64,000 nucleotides of DNA, taken from contig DBFWBE010000003.1 of assembly GCA_048485835.1 (NCBI GenBank), positions 86,399 to 150,398 of the forward strand. Reading direction: 5' to 3'. Made by a program: the position numbers and the translations under genes. Below are positions 49,522 through 59,604 of this stretch, piece after piece (the stretch's first letter is position 1; each line of letters starts with the position of its first letter). The notes under the pieces are model-generated. The model had not been told where the DNA came from and made no database searches. It saw nothing but the letters and a program-made list of their open reading frames with translations. This DNA is from Collinsella sp. (GTDB taxonomy: Bacteria; Actinomycetota; Coriobacteriia; Coriobacteriales; Coriobacteriaceae).

Positions 49522-50400
49522 CTAGCCCGTTACGTAATACCAAACGACGTTGTCGCCATTGGAGAGAACGTAGTTGCTGCAGGCCGTCATGGGCGTTGTG
49601 CCGTTGACGGAGTACATCCAGCCGCTCGTGCCGCCGTGCTGTTTCTCGGCCAAACCACCAATCGCGGAGACATACGTGCCGTACGACGAGCCATGTGCGT
49701 TGACGGAAAGGCCCAGCGCACACAGGGCATCGTAGACAGTAGCGCCTTCGTTAAAGGTAAAGGTGCCACCAGAGGACACAGGATTGCCCACAGCGCTCGA
49801 AGTAACCGAGACAGTCACGGTAACGTAGCTAGACTCCTGAGAGACGTTCTGGTTGCCCGAGGGGGCATTACCGTTATCAGGAACAGCAGAAGGCCCACCG
49901 GACGTTGCCGAATTCTGAGAAGCCGACTGACTGTTGTCAGTCTTTTTATTTCCCGTTCCTTTTTCGCCGGACTTCTTGCTATCCGAGTTCTTGTCCGATT
50001 CCTTGTCCGAAGACTCGGAATCTTTCTTGGAGTCAGATTTGTCAGAACCCCTAGACCCGTCATTCGTATCATCAGAAGATTTGGAATCCTTGGACCCGGC
50101 CTTGCCCGAAGCAGCAGACGAGCCAGACTCTTTGGCGTCCTTGGCGACGATACTCTCTCCCGTCACGGTCTGAATGATCCAGTCGATGGACCAGGCACCG
50201 CTTGTGGAAGGATGGACGAAACCCAGCGAGACGACGATCAAAATGGTGCACGCGGCAGTCAGAACGCCAAGGAGCACTTTGCGCCGTGGGGCGGACGCCG
50301 CCGAAGCGGCGCCCTTTTGCTTTGCATCGTCGAACTGAATGAACGAGGAATCCGGTTGCTTGGGGTCAGCGTCCTTGGATTTATTGGACACAGCCCTCAC
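49522..50400 (-). CDS. Membrane-anchored protein with C-terminal DUF4430 (transcobalamin-beta-like) domain
   Basis: N-terminal TM, Ser/Lys/Asp stalk, GATVYDAL...YVSAIGGLAE...SGWMYSVNG...YVLSNGDNVVWYY. Confidence 0.88.
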   Translation of the reverse strand: MRAVSNKSKDADPKQPDSSFIQFDDAKQKGAASAASAPRRKVLLGVLTAACTILIVVSLGFVHPSTSGAWSIDWIIQTVTGESIVAKDAKESGSSAASGKAGSKDSKSSDDTNDGSRGSDKSDSKKDSESSDKESDKNSDSKKSGEKGTGNKKTDNSQSASQNSATSGGPSAVPDNGNAPSGNQNVSQESSYVTVTVSVTSSAVGNPVSSGGTFTFNEGATVYDALCALGLSVNAHGSSYGTYVSAIGGLAEKQHGGTSGWMYSVNGTTPMTACSNYVLSNGDNVVWYYVTG

Positions 50401-53400
50401 CTACCGACGTTTGGTGAACACGAACACACCGACGATGGCAAGACCGATGACGCCGGCAGCAACGCCAACAATGGCGAGTGGGTTGGTGCCAGTCTCCTGC
50501 TCGGAGGCACTAGAGGACTTCTTAGCAGTGGTCGTGGAAGCAGCACCCGTATCGGACTTGGAATCGGACTTCTTGTCGGACTTGCCGTCCTTCTTGTCAG
50601 ACTTCTTCTCGTCCTTCTTATCGGACTTATCGGTGTCCTTCTTGTCGGACTTGTTGTCCTTGGTCTCGGTCTTGGTCGACACCGTCGTCTTGGTCACCGG
50701 CTTCTGACCCGGGGCGATAGCGCCGCCGGCCTGCTGGCCCTTAGAGCCGGAGCCGGAACCCGTGCCAGCGCCAGCGCCGGAACCGTTGCCAGCGCCACCG
50801 TTGCCACCATTAGTGCCAGAACCGCCATTGCCGCCAGGGTTAACGGCATTCTTGGTCCACTTGGCATACAGCGTCAGATCGGCCGTCACCGGCGTACTGA
50901 AGTCATACGCCTGCGTGCAAGCCTCATCGGTGAACCAACCGCCGAAAGTGTAGCCATCGCGCGTCGGATCGGCCGGCTTGACCAGCTTGCCGTCGGCCGT
51001 AGCAACAAACTTAGTGTCGCAAGCAGACCCGCCGTTGGAATTAAAGGCAACCGTCCAAGACTCAACAGCCCCGAGCTTGAACAGAGTGCCCGAATCATTG
51101 ATGTAGTACAGGTTGCCAGAAGCATCGGCAATGACCGGAGAGTCACAGTACTGGTAATGGCCAGCCGCATCATAAATCTGCGTCGCCTCTGCATCGCCGA
51201 GCGTATAGCGATACACGCCACCACCAGCAGAGTAGTTGACGTAATCCTTGCTATCCGCGCTGTTAACGGTGAAGTACACATAGGTCTTGCCGCCCTGAAC
51301 ACTCACCAGCGGAGTAGCAGCAATACCGTTGAGGCCAGCCGGCAGCGCCTTGCCGTCAGCAGCGGTGACCATCGTGGTCTTACCGGTCTTCAGATCATAG
51401 AGAGCCAGAGCAGAGCCAGTAGCCGTCTGTCCGCCGACAATCAAGTTTTCGCCAGCCACCGCCGGTGCGCTCATGTTATTCGTAAGACCCAGATCGACCG
51501 TCTTCTGCTCGCTCAGCACGCCCTTCGCCGAAAGCGAAATCACATGGAGCTTTCCATCGTGCGTCATCTGATAGAAGGTCGAACCATTGGACGGATCGGC
51601 GACACAGTCGGCGTTCGCGAGAGCGCCGAGCTTCATGGTCGAAACGACATCGCCCGTCGTCTTATCAATGCACTTAAGCGTGCCCGCGCTCGTAGGAACG
51701 TTGGCATACTTATCCGTCAAAGCCGCACCAGTCCAGTAATAGCCCTCGGCAGGGTCGATGTTCTGCCAAGAGACTTCGCCCGTGGCAATCTTGATACGCT
51801 TAAGGGAGCCGTTGCCGTAGGTCGCGTTGTAATTCTCGTCATACGAAATATCGACCGAGCCTACATAGACGTACTCGCCGTCCGAAACGACGGTGCAGGA
51901 GCTCTGCGTCAAATCCGTCAAACCAGGCGTCAGCCACTTGCAGATCAGCTTGTCTGCAGTAATCGCCTGGACCGCACCGCCGTTGAGCGGAACGATGATA
52001 AGGCCATTGGTATAGATCGGACGAGAAGTATAGCTCACCTTGGAGGCAAGCGGCGCAGAGGCAACCTTTTTGCCCGTGGACGAATCGATCTTGATGAGCT
52101 CGTTCTCGGTCGCGATGTACACAAAGCCGTTAGCGATGACAGGCTCGCTGCAGTTGGCATACTGCTGGCCAGACTCGGCCTTCCAATCGAAGGCCCACTT
52201 AAGACCGGCGGCCTGCGCAGGCGTCTTGGCATCCGTTACGGTCGAACCGTTGCCACTGTTGCCGTAGCCGGCCCACTCGGCATCCCAATCAGGAGTCGTC
52301 GCGCTCGGGTCCACGACAATCTTGTCGGGATCGGGCATGGCCGAATCGTCGGTGGTATAGGCAAGCGTAACCTTATCGCCGCTCTTGAGCGTAATCTGAT
52401 TGGCGCAGAGTAAGGAGGGCTCTCCGTTGATATACAGGTGCCAATATTTATTGGTCGCAGCATCCCAGGCATACGGCTTGTGATCGAACGGCGAATTGAT
52501 GGAATTGAGGAACCAGTACTCACCACTCTGGGAGCCGTTGTACGTAACGCCCTTGGCCTTCAGGACCGTCTCAATAAGGTTCTGGGCAGTAGAGCCTTCG
52601 GGCAAAGAAACATTGCTTGCCGAGCCCCAGCGAGTATTGTTGCCGTTGACATCGGGACCGATAACATCGACAGACCCAAGCACCTGACCGGGGAGGGCAT
52701 CGGCGTCAGCACCATACATAAAGGTGACGGCATCGCCCTCTTGAAGCTCGTAGGCACCGGCGCCAACGTCGGCGAACTTGCCATTTACGTAGAAGCGCCA
52801 ATAGCTATTGGTCACAGCATCCCAGCCATAGGACTTACCATCGAACGGCGAAGTAATGCCGTTGAGGAACCAGCCCCAAGACGATTCGCCAGCATCGAGA
52901 GTAAGGCCGGTCTGCTCAAGGAGATCCTTAGCAGTGGAGCCTGCCTTGAGGCTCGTCTGGCCCGTCGAAGCCCAAACCTGTTGCTTGCCGTCCTTGTCCT
53001 TACCAAGTACCTGAACGGAAGCATGGACGGAATCAGAGGGCAACTGGTCGCCCCAGCCACCGTAGAACCACGTAACGGTATCGCCAGCATGAATGGTGAC
53101 ATTGTCTGCCGTGAAGTCGCTCGACTTGCCGTTGATGAACAGCTGCCAATAGGTCGAATAATCGAGCGGCGTACCCAGCTCAACGCCGTTGTACTTAAGG
53201 CTCAGAATGAAGGAGCCCGCAGCAACGGCGTCGATGTCATTCGCCTCGAGCGCGACCTTCGTAAGGTCAAGTGCGCTCGAGCCGGACGTCACCACATACT
53301 GCGCGTTATCGACCCAAGTCTGAGTCTTGCCCTGGGCATCGCGACCAATGACGGTCACATTTGCGGCAAGCTGGTCCTTAACGACAGGGGACGAGCTACC

Positions 53401-54255
53401 AGCCGTATAGGCAAACTCAATCTTCTGCCCCTGGGTGAGCTTGACGCTGCTCGCGCCAACCGAGGAAGACGCGCCATCGACAAACAGCTGCCAGAAGGCA
53501 TAAGTCGTCGGATCGTAGGCAAGCGTGCGGCCATCGCTCGGGGATGTGATGCTTTTGAGGTAGAACCCGTATGCCGTGTTCGGATCGTAGTCCGCCTTGA
53601 AGCCCGTCTTCTCCTGCAGCTTAATGAAGGCATCCGCAGCCGTCGCGCCCTCGTCGAGCTTGAGCTGCGTAGGTGCCACCCAGGTCTGAGCCTTGCCGTC
53701 GGCATCGGTGCCGATAATCGAGAACGAGACCTCGACTTGCTTCTTGGCGACATCGCCGGTTTCTGTCGGGCTCTCCGTCTGGACGGCAGCCACGGCGGCA
53801 GATCCTGCTTGGCCAGCGGATGCCGTCGAAGACTGCTCGCTCGCGGTAGGGTTCTCCCCCGTCGCCGAGCCCTCGTCGCCAGTTGCCGCCTCTGTTGTGG
53901 CGGCACTAGCTGCAGGCGCGCCCTCGGAATCCGAAACCTCGGCCTTACCCTGGTCGGCAGCACCGTCCGCGGCCCCCGTGCCCTCACTCGGTGTCGCAGC
54001 CTGAGCCACAGCCTCGGCAATGCCCTCGGCGCCCTCGGCCCACAGCTGAGCCGGCGTGGTGCCAAAGGCCATCGCGAAGGCCAGGAATGCCACCAGGCCG
54101 CGCTTGGCTACGCCGCGCGCAATTGCGCCACGGCGATGCGAGACGCGCTGGCGCTCGTCCACAAACATATCCATTTGCCTCCCATTGTCTGTACTTGGAG
54201 CGTTGCCTTGAGGTTGCCCCACGTCATCGCGCATGTTGCGCTCGAGTTCCCCCAT
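50401..54255 (-). CDS. Large surface protein: 4x DUF4430, PQQ-like beta-propeller, InlB B-type repeat, C-terminal anchor
   Basis: Four W..(F/Y)(V/I)(N/D)G...(L/I)..G..(V/I)...Y repeats. Propeller motifs (KWAF, SEPVIANG, TGEVSW, DSPVIAD). FNSNGGS...PTRDGYTFGGW...LTLYAKW. QETG + TM + KRR. Confidence 0.88.
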   Translation of the reverse strand: MGELERNMRDDVGQPQGNAPSTDNGRQMDMFVDERQRVSHRRGAIARGVAKRGLVAFLAFAMAFGTTPAQLWAEGAEGIAEAVAQAATPSEGTGAADGAADQGKAEVSDSEGAPAASAATTEAATGDEGSATGENPTASEQSSTASAGQAGSAAVAAVQTESPTETGDVAKKQVEVSFSIIGTDADGKAQTWVAPTQLKLDEGATAADAFIKLQEKTGFKADYDPNTAYGFYLKSITSPSDGRTLAYDPTTYAFWQLFVDGASSSVGASSVKLTQGQKIEFAYTAGSSSPVVKDQLAANVTVIGRDAQGKTQTWVDNAQYVVTSGSSALDLTKVALEANDIDAVAAGSFILSLKYNGVELGTPLDYSTYWQLFINGKSSDFTADNVTIHAGDTVTWFYGGWGDQLPSDSVHASVQVLGKDKDGKQQVWASTGQTSLKAGSTAKDLLEQTGLTLDAGESSWGWFLNGITSPFDGKSYGWDAVTNSYWRFYVNGKFADVGAGAYELQEGDAVTFMYGADADALPGQVLGSVDVIGPDVNGNNTRWGSASNVSLPEGSTAQNLIETVLKAKGVTYNGSQSGEYWFLNSINSPFDHKPYAWDAATNKYWHLYINGEPSLLCANQITLKSGDKVTLAYTTDDSAMPDPDKIVVDPSATTPDWDAEWAGYGNSGNGSTVTDAKTPAQAAGLKWAFDWKAESGQQYANCSEPVIANGFVYIATENELIKIDSSTGKKVASAPLASKVSYTSRPIYTNGLIIVPLNGGAVQAITADKLICKWLTPGLTDLTQSSCTVVSDGEYVYVGSVDISYDENYNATYGNGSLKRIKIATGEVSWQNIDPAEGYYWTGAALTDKYANVPTSAGTLKCIDKTTGDVVSTMKLGALANADCVADPSNGSTFYQMTHDGKLHVISLSAKGVLSEQKTVDLGLTNNMSAPAVAGENLIVGGQTATGSALALYDLKTGKTTMVTAADGKALPAGLNGIAATPLVSVQGGKTYVYFTVNSADSKDYVNYSAGGGVYRYTLGDAEATQIYDAAGHYQYCDSPVIADASGNLYYINDSGTLFKLGAVESWTVAFNSNGGSACDTKFVATADGKLVKPADPTRDGYTFGGWFTDEACTQAYDFSTPVTADLTLYAKWTKNAVNPGGNGGSGTNGGNGGAGNGSGAGAGTGSGSGSKGQQAGGAIAPGQKPVTKTTVSTKTETKDNKSDKKDTDKSDKKDEKKSDKKDGKSDKKSDSKSDTGAASTTTAKKSSSASEQETGTNPLAIVGVAAGVIGLAIVGVFVFTKRR

Positions 54256-54317
54256 CGGGGTCCCCCTTCCCTCCAGAGCCCTATGCACACCGGCGGCATA
54301 CGCCGCAGCCGCATGCA

Positions 54318-54490
54318 AGATGGGAGGCGATCCGACTTAACCTTAACGACTCGGGCACGTCGTCCGATCTGCGACGCGAACATCCCGAGCCAAGAGGAAT
54401 TACGGTTACTGGTACAGCCGGGGACTTGCACCCCAATTCTCCCAAACGCGCAGGTAAACAGCGCATTCATGCGTCTCCGCACCACCATCT
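54318..54490 (-). ncRNA. Cobalamin riboswitch (variant)
   Basis: Minus strand reads AGATGG-TGGT...GGGAGAA-TTGGGG-TGCAAGT-CCCCGG-CTGTACC-AGTAACCGTAA...AAGTCGGATCGCC-TCCCATCT. P1 pairing, T-loop and B12-box-like tail are present. It lies upstream of DUF4430 genes. Confidence 0.8.
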
Positions 54491-54605
54491 AGGCCATCGA
54501 TTATTACCGTCAAAATGGTATCACGCAAAAGGGCCTCGCACGCAGGCGAAGCCCAAGGTAAAAGCTATTGTTTGCGATAGGAAAATGCGGTGACGGTCGC
54601 GGCCT

Positions 54606-56369
54606 CTAGTGCTTGCCGCCGTGACTGTTGAGCCAGATATTGCGGCCCAGCATAAGCGCCAGCACCAGTGCGCTGACGTAGCCCATAAAGCCAATGACCG
54701 GAATACCGAGCACAACGGGCTCGATGCGCGCATAGTAAACCACCGAAGAGCCGATAAACAGGCCGGCGATAACAATGGCCATTGACATGCGGTCGACGAT
54801 GCCGCCTATCTGGCGCAGCGCCTTGTCGCTACTCATGAGCTGCAGATTCACCTTAAGCTGACCGCGCGTGAGCATACGCGACGCCAGCCCCAAGTACTCG
54901 GCCGCCTCGAGCGAGCCCTTGGCCGCACGGTAGCTGCTCGCCGCAAAGTCGCGGCCCATATCACGCATGCGCGCATAGGTGCTCTTCTCGTTTTTGATAT
55001 GCGCCTGAATGATCTGGATCATGTTGACGTTGGGCATGTACTCGGTCAGCAGGCCCTCGAGCGTCACCATGCCGCGCGCGAACATCGTCACCACACTCGG
55101 CAGCTCAACATCGTTCTTGCGCGCCAAGTTCAGCAATGAGGTCAAAAACTCGCCGATATCCAGGTCCTTAAGATCGAGGCCCGCAAAGTCGGCAACGATA
55201 AAGTCCAAATCGGACAAAAACGCCGAGTGATCGAGCTCAGCCGAATCGCCGCGCGTCACGGCAAAGCGCATGAGCGAGTCTTTGAGCTTGGGCACGTCGC
55301 CCTCGGCCACGGCGAAAATCATGTCCTTGACGATACCGCGGTCGTGGCTCGACATGCGCCCGACCATGCCCAAGTCGATAAAGTAGATGATGCCGTCCTT
55401 TAGAATGATGTTTCCCGCATGCGGATCGGCATGGAAGAAGCCGTCGTCGAGCACCTGCGTCGAATAGTCCTCGACAATCGTCGAGCCGATCTTCTCCAGG
55501 TCGTAGCCCTCGGTCACCAGGCGCTCGGGGTCGGCAATCGAGATGCCCTCGATGTAATCCATGACCACGACGTGCTCGGTGCACAGATCCAAGTAGGACT
55601 TGGGACACGACACGCCGCGCACGCTCTTATGAAACTCGTAAAAGTCGTTAAGGTTTTTAGCCTCGGCCAAAAAGTTGGTCTCCTCGCGAAACGAGGTCCA
55701 CAGTTCCTCGACCACGCCGTGCAAGTCAACGAACTGATCGGTGTTGACGAACTTGGAGACGATGCGCACCACCGAGCGGATGATGTCGATGTCCTGGGCC
55801 ATGACCTGCTGCGCGCCGGGGCGCTGCACCTTAACGGCCACGTCCTCGCCCGTCACCAGGCGAGCACGATGCACCTGCGCGAGCGAGGCGCTGCCAAGCG
55901 GGTTGGGGTCGATCGCGTCAAACATCTCCCCCAGGCGCAGGCCGTATTCCTCTTCTAGGCAGCGAAGCACCACCTCGTACGGCACCGGCTCTACATCGGA
56001 GCGCAGACGACGCAGCTCGTCGCAAAAGCGCTGCGGCAGAATCTCGGACCGGTTGGCCAGAATCTGCCCCATCTTGACGAACATGGGGCCGAGCTCCTCG
56101 AGCAGGCGGCGCAAGCGAACCGGCGTGAGGTTATCCCACACACGGTACTTTTTGACCAAGCGAACAATCTGCCCGATGCGTTCGCGACGACCTGCCGGCG
56201 TGAGCTGGTATTCCTCGTCCGGCGCCATCGCGTCGGGCTCTTCGGGCACCATATCGACAGCGCGCGGCTTTTTGCGAGCGCCCGAGACGGCGGCATCGAC
56301 CTCATCGACAACCGCCGCCTCGTCACCCAAAGGATCTAGATTGTTGTAATCGGTGGTGGAATCTGCCAT
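54606..56369 (-). CDS. ABC1/UbiB (AarF) family kinase-like protein
   Basis: LGP.FVKMGQ, GSASLAQVH, VAVKVQRP, FFHADPHAGN, IDLGM, C-terminal TMs. Confidence 0.94.
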   Translation of the reverse strand: MADSTTDYNNLDPLGDEAAVVDEVDAAVSGARKKPRAVDMVPEEPDAMAPDEEYQLTPAGRRERIGQIVRLVKKYRVWDNLTPVRLRRLLEELGPMFVKMGQILANRSEILPQRFCDELRRLRSDVEPVPYEVVLRCLEEEYGLRLGEMFDAIDPNPLGSASLAQVHRARLVTGEDVAVKVQRPGAQQVMAQDIDIIRSVVRIVSKFVNTDQFVDLHGVVEELWTSFREETNFLAEAKNLNDFYEFHKSVRGVSCPKSYLDLCTEHVVVMDYIEGISIADPERLVTEGYDLEKIGSTIVEDYSTQVLDDGFFHADPHAGNIILKDGIIYFIDLGMVGRMSSHDRGIVKDMIFAVAEGDVPKLKDSLMRFAVTRGDSAELDHSAFLSDLDFIVADFAGLDLKDLDIGEFLTSLLNLARKNDVELPSVVTMFARGMVTLEGLLTEYMPNVNMIQIIQAHIKNEKSTYARMRDMGRDFAASSYRAAKGSLEAAEYLGLASRMLTRGQLKVNLQLMSSDKALRQIGGIVDRMSMAIVIAGLFIGSSVVYYARIEPVVLGIPVIGFMGYVSALVLALMLGRNIWLNSHGGKH

Positions 56370-56377
56370 CTGCGCTG

Positions 56378-56794
56378 CTACTCGGCCTCTTCGGTATCCT
56401 TCGCATCGTCGGGCTCAACGGACTCGACGGGCACCGAGGTCACGTTGTCCTCGACCGAATCGACGATGTCGCGCACATGGGCTAGGAAGGCCGTGCGCTC
56501 GGGGGCGGTCATAACGCGGACGCGGGCAAGGATGAGCTCGTCGAGCACGCGCTGGGCCGCAGTCTCGCCCTGTATGCCCAAGCGCTCGGTCAGATCGGAG
56601 ATGGTGCCACCGGCCTGCTCGAACATGTCGGACACGCTGCGGGCGATATCGGGGGTGGCGGTGTCCTTGCGGACCTGCTCGCCTTTGGTGTTAAGGTCGT
56701 CGAGGACCTTCTTGCCGCCTTCGACAGCAACGGCGGCAGCGCCAAAGCCCACGTTAATGGCGCCGTTAACAAGCTGATCGAGTTTCATAACCAT
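56378..56794 (-). CDS. Hypothetical, phasin-like N-terminus; co-oriented partner of the UbiB gene
   Basis: G.GAAAVAVE..KK..DDL..KGE pattern. GGAG RBS. Confidence 0.6.
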   Translation of the reverse strand: MVMKLDQLVNGAINVGFGAAAVAVEGGKKVLDDLNTKGEQVRKDTATPDIARSVSDMFEQAGGTISDLTERLGIQGETAAQRVLDELILARVRVMTAPERTAFLAHVRDIVDSVEDNVTSVPVESVEPDDAKDTEEAE

Positions 56795-56865
56795 GGTTAT
56801 CTCCAATCACAAACAACTGCATTGGCGTTCTTGTACCCAAGATTGAGCGAAAGCGACAAAGCGTT

Positions 56866-58389
56866 TTACCTGATGTTATCGTTCATCGCGAAGGAATTCT
56901 TCATGGCACAGCTCGTGGTGTAGAGCACCTTGCCCAGCAGGGCATCGGTCTCCACGCGCACAAGCTCGGCGAAGGCCTCGTTGGCGCGTGCCAGCTCGGC
57001 AGGCACCTCGGCTTCGGGCAAGGTGGCAACGGCGGCGTCAACGTCATGGAGCTGCTTGTGGCCCATGCCGCCGACCTTCTCCTGGTAGTCCTCGACCGCG
57101 CGGCCGCATTCATGGAAGCGAACATCGGCCAGGGCGCCGATCAGGCGGTTGGCCCAATAGAAGTTCTCGGACGTCACGCGTGCCTGGGTGTCGGCGTAGT
57201 ACTCGGGCATGGTCTCGACGTTGGCGTACAGCGGAACCAGCGCGTTAAACGAGTTGGAGCCAAAGGCCATCCACTGCACGGCGCGATAGGCAGGCTGCGC
57301 ATAGGGGCGCAGCTGCAGCACGGCGAGCTGACTGTTGCGGTTGATGCCGATGGGGCGATAGGCGCCACGCGTAGCGGGCGTGCCCTTGCTACCGTAGCAA
57401 TCGTACTCCGTGCCCTGGTAGTGGCTCGAGAGTACGTACTTGATGTCCTCGATGGTCACCTTGCGCTCGGGCACGCGGCTCCAGGGGATATCGTCGCTCT
57501 CGGGCGTGTAGTCGGCGTCGGGGCCATCCCACACGTCGCTGGGGTTGAGACAGCGCTGCATGTACCACGCGCGCGGCGTGTTGTAGACGTGGTCGCTGTC
57601 GCTGTGCGAGCCAAAGGCCTCGCGCGGGTTAAAGACCGCAGCCGGGCCGTCGCCCTCGACGCCCAGCGTCAGGTCCAGATGCCACTCGGCCATCCAGGCG
57701 CGCAAGTCGGCGGAGCACATGTGGTCGGCCTGGGCGCCCTCAGCGTCATCCAGGTCAAAGCTGTCGATACCCAGTTGGTTGGGCATGGTCACATAGGCGT
57801 CGTCGGGCACGCGCTTGGCGATCCAGTGGTGGCCGCCGATGGTCTCGAGCCACCAGATCTCGTCCACGTCGCTAAAGGCGATGCCGTTGTTCTCGTAGGT
57901 GCCATAGCGCTCGAGCAGGTCGCCCAGGATACGCACGCCGTCGCGGGCGGACTTAACGTACGGCAGGACCAGGGTCACCATGTCCTCCTCGCCCAGGCCA
58001 CCAGGCTGCGCCGGCACATAGCCGTCCTCACCCTCGTTGCCCTTGGCGGGCACGTAGTCGACGAGCGGGTCGGCGCCGCGAACGCGCTCGTTGGTGGTGA
58101 GCGTCTCGGTTGCGGACATGCCCACATTGAGCTCGTTGAAACCGGCCTCGGCCCAGATGCCGTGGCCCGGAACAACATCAGGGACGCTCGTGTAACGCAT
58201 GGGGTTATCGGGCAGCTCAACGGTCAGGTGGCTCAGGACGCTCGTGTAGACGCGCGGCTGCTCGTCGGGATGCACCACGCGCATACGCTTGGGCTCAAAC
58301 ACCCCGTTGGACGAGTCCTCGTTACGCGCGACCAGGGTCGACCCGTCGTAGCTTGCGTTTTTACCGACCAAAATCGTTGTGCACGGCAT
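56866..58389 (-). CDS. C69 family dipeptidase (PepD-like)
   Basis: N-terminal nucleophile CTTILVGKNASYDGS..ARNED, SATET, GGHHW, YN.PR.W. Confidence 0.95.
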   Translation of the reverse strand: MPCTTILVGKNASYDGSTLVARNEDSSNGVFEPKRMRVVHPDEQPRVYTSVLSHLTVELPDNPMRYTSVPDVVPGHGIWAEAGFNELNVGMSATETLTTNERVRGADPLVDYVPAKGNEGEDGYVPAQPGGLGEEDMVTLVLPYVKSARDGVRILGDLLERYGTYENNGIAFSDVDEIWWLETIGGHHWIAKRVPDDAYVTMPNQLGIDSFDLDDAEGAQADHMCSADLRAWMAEWHLDLTLGVEGDGPAAVFNPREAFGSHSDSDHVYNTPRAWYMQRCLNPSDVWDGPDADYTPESDDIPWSRVPERKVTIEDIKYVLSSHYQGTEYDCYGSKGTPATRGAYRPIGINRNSQLAVLQLRPYAQPAYRAVQWMAFGSNSFNALVPLYANVETMPEYYADTQARVTSENFYWANRLIGALADVRFHECGRAVEDYQEKVGGMGHKQLHDVDAAVATLPEAEVPAELARANEAFAELVRVETDALLGKVLYTTSCAMKNSFAMNDNIR

Positions 58390-58472
58390 GCGCATCCTCC
58401 TTGAGCGAAGAAATCAAACGGCAACAGTGTATCGCTTCGGCGCAGAAAGGGCGAAACCGCCGCCCCGGCAGT

Positions 58473-58707
58473 CCCCGTGGTCAAAAAATGCCAAATATGA
58501 GTACTGTCACCAATTTAGTAGCAGCAAATTTCCTTGTAATGAGTGCCAGAAATCCCCAATTGTCCAAAAGCAAGACAACGTTATTCCCCATATGTTCAAT
58601 AAAATGGGTTTCCTAACGAGAATGAATATCGTTAGGAAACCCAAAAGACGTAAAACATATGTGACTATCATGGCAACAGTACTCATATTTGGCGCTTTTT
58701 GACCACG
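58473..58707. mobile_element. MITE-like element (family A, copy 2)
   Basis: GTGGTCAAAAAATGCCAAATATGAGTACTGT ... ACAGTACTCATATTTGGCGCTTTTTGACCAC. Internal IR TGGGTTTCCTAACGA/TCGTTAGGAAACCCA. Confidence 0.8.
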
Positions 58708-58717
58708 TGGTATATGG

Positions 58718-59602
58718 CTAACCCCTCAAACAGCCCAAAACGCCTATTTCGATGCGACCGCGCTCCGCCGCCTCAATCACGTGTTTGGCGAGAATTGCGG
58801 TGGTCACAGCCCCCACGCCGCCCGGCACGGGTGTGATGGCGCCAACGATCGGTTCCGCAGCATCAAAATCCACGTCGCCGACCAGTTTTCCGGCAGCTTC
58901 GTCCCAATTAATGCCAACATCGATGATCGTCTGGCCCTCGCGAACCGCATCCGCGCCAATCGTGCGCGCGCGTCCAACCGCGGCAACAACAATGTCGGCA
59001 GAACAGCACTCGGCAGCTAGGTCACGCGTATGCGTATGGCACGTCGTCACCGTGGCATTGCGAGCCGTAAGCATGGCGGCTACGGGACGACCAATCACCA
59101 GCGACCGACCGACGACCGCGACCTTGGCCCCATCCAGCTCAACGCCGTAATGGTCCAGCAATGCCAACACGGCTTCAGCCGTGCATGGAGCAAAGCCCTC
59201 GCCGCGCCCCGAAAGCGTGGTGAGCAGCGAGGCCGGCGTCATGGAGTCGACGTCCTTGGCGGAATCGAGTGCCGCGGCAACCGCATCCTCGTCAAGCCCA
59301 GCGGGCAACGGACGAAACATCAGACAGCCATGAACAGCGGGGTCGGCATTGATGTCTTTAATAGCCGCCAACAGCTCGTCCTGCGAAACATCGGCGGGAA
59401 GCAAAAGGCGGCGAGCCTCAATGCCAACCTTCTCGCAGCGCTTGAGGGCGCCGCGCTCGTAGGACAGGTCGTCCTCGCGCTCGCCCACACGCACGATGGC
59501 CAGCGTCGGAACAACGCCGCGCTCGCGCAAAGCCGTGCAGCGAGCGGCGAGCTCCTCGGTCAAAGCACGGGCGACGGGAGCGCCCTTCAACAGCTCGGCC
59601 AT
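58718..59602 (-). CDS. folD: Methylenetetrahydrofolate dehydrogenase/cyclohydrolase
   Basis: KDVD, PCT, VVGRSLVIGRP, IDVGIN, GDVDF, TPVPGGVG. Confidence 0.93.
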   Translation of the reverse strand: MAELLKGAPVARALTEELAARCTALRERGVVPTLAIVRVGEREDDLSYERGALKRCEKVGIEARRLLLPADVSQDELLAAIKDINADPAVHGCLMFRPLPAGLDEDAVAAALDSAKDVDSMTPASLLTTLSGRGEGFAPCTAEAVLALLDHYGVELDGAKVAVVGRSLVIGRPVAAMLTARNATVTTCHTHTRDLAAECCSADIVVAAVGRARTIGADAVREGQTIIDVGINWDEAAGKLVGDVDFDAAEPIVGAITPVPGGVGAVTTAILAKHVIEAAERGRIEIGVLGCLRG

Positions 59603-59604
59603 GG

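Noticed and set aside
50540..50830. Short DNA repeats (cttgtcggac, gccagc)
   Set aside because: They simply encode the low-complexity KSDK and Gly-rich stalk of the surface protein.
49384..54492. 1009-aa and 684-aa plus-strand ORFs
   Set aside because: Antisense shadows of the DUF4430 genes, expected with high-GC codon bias.
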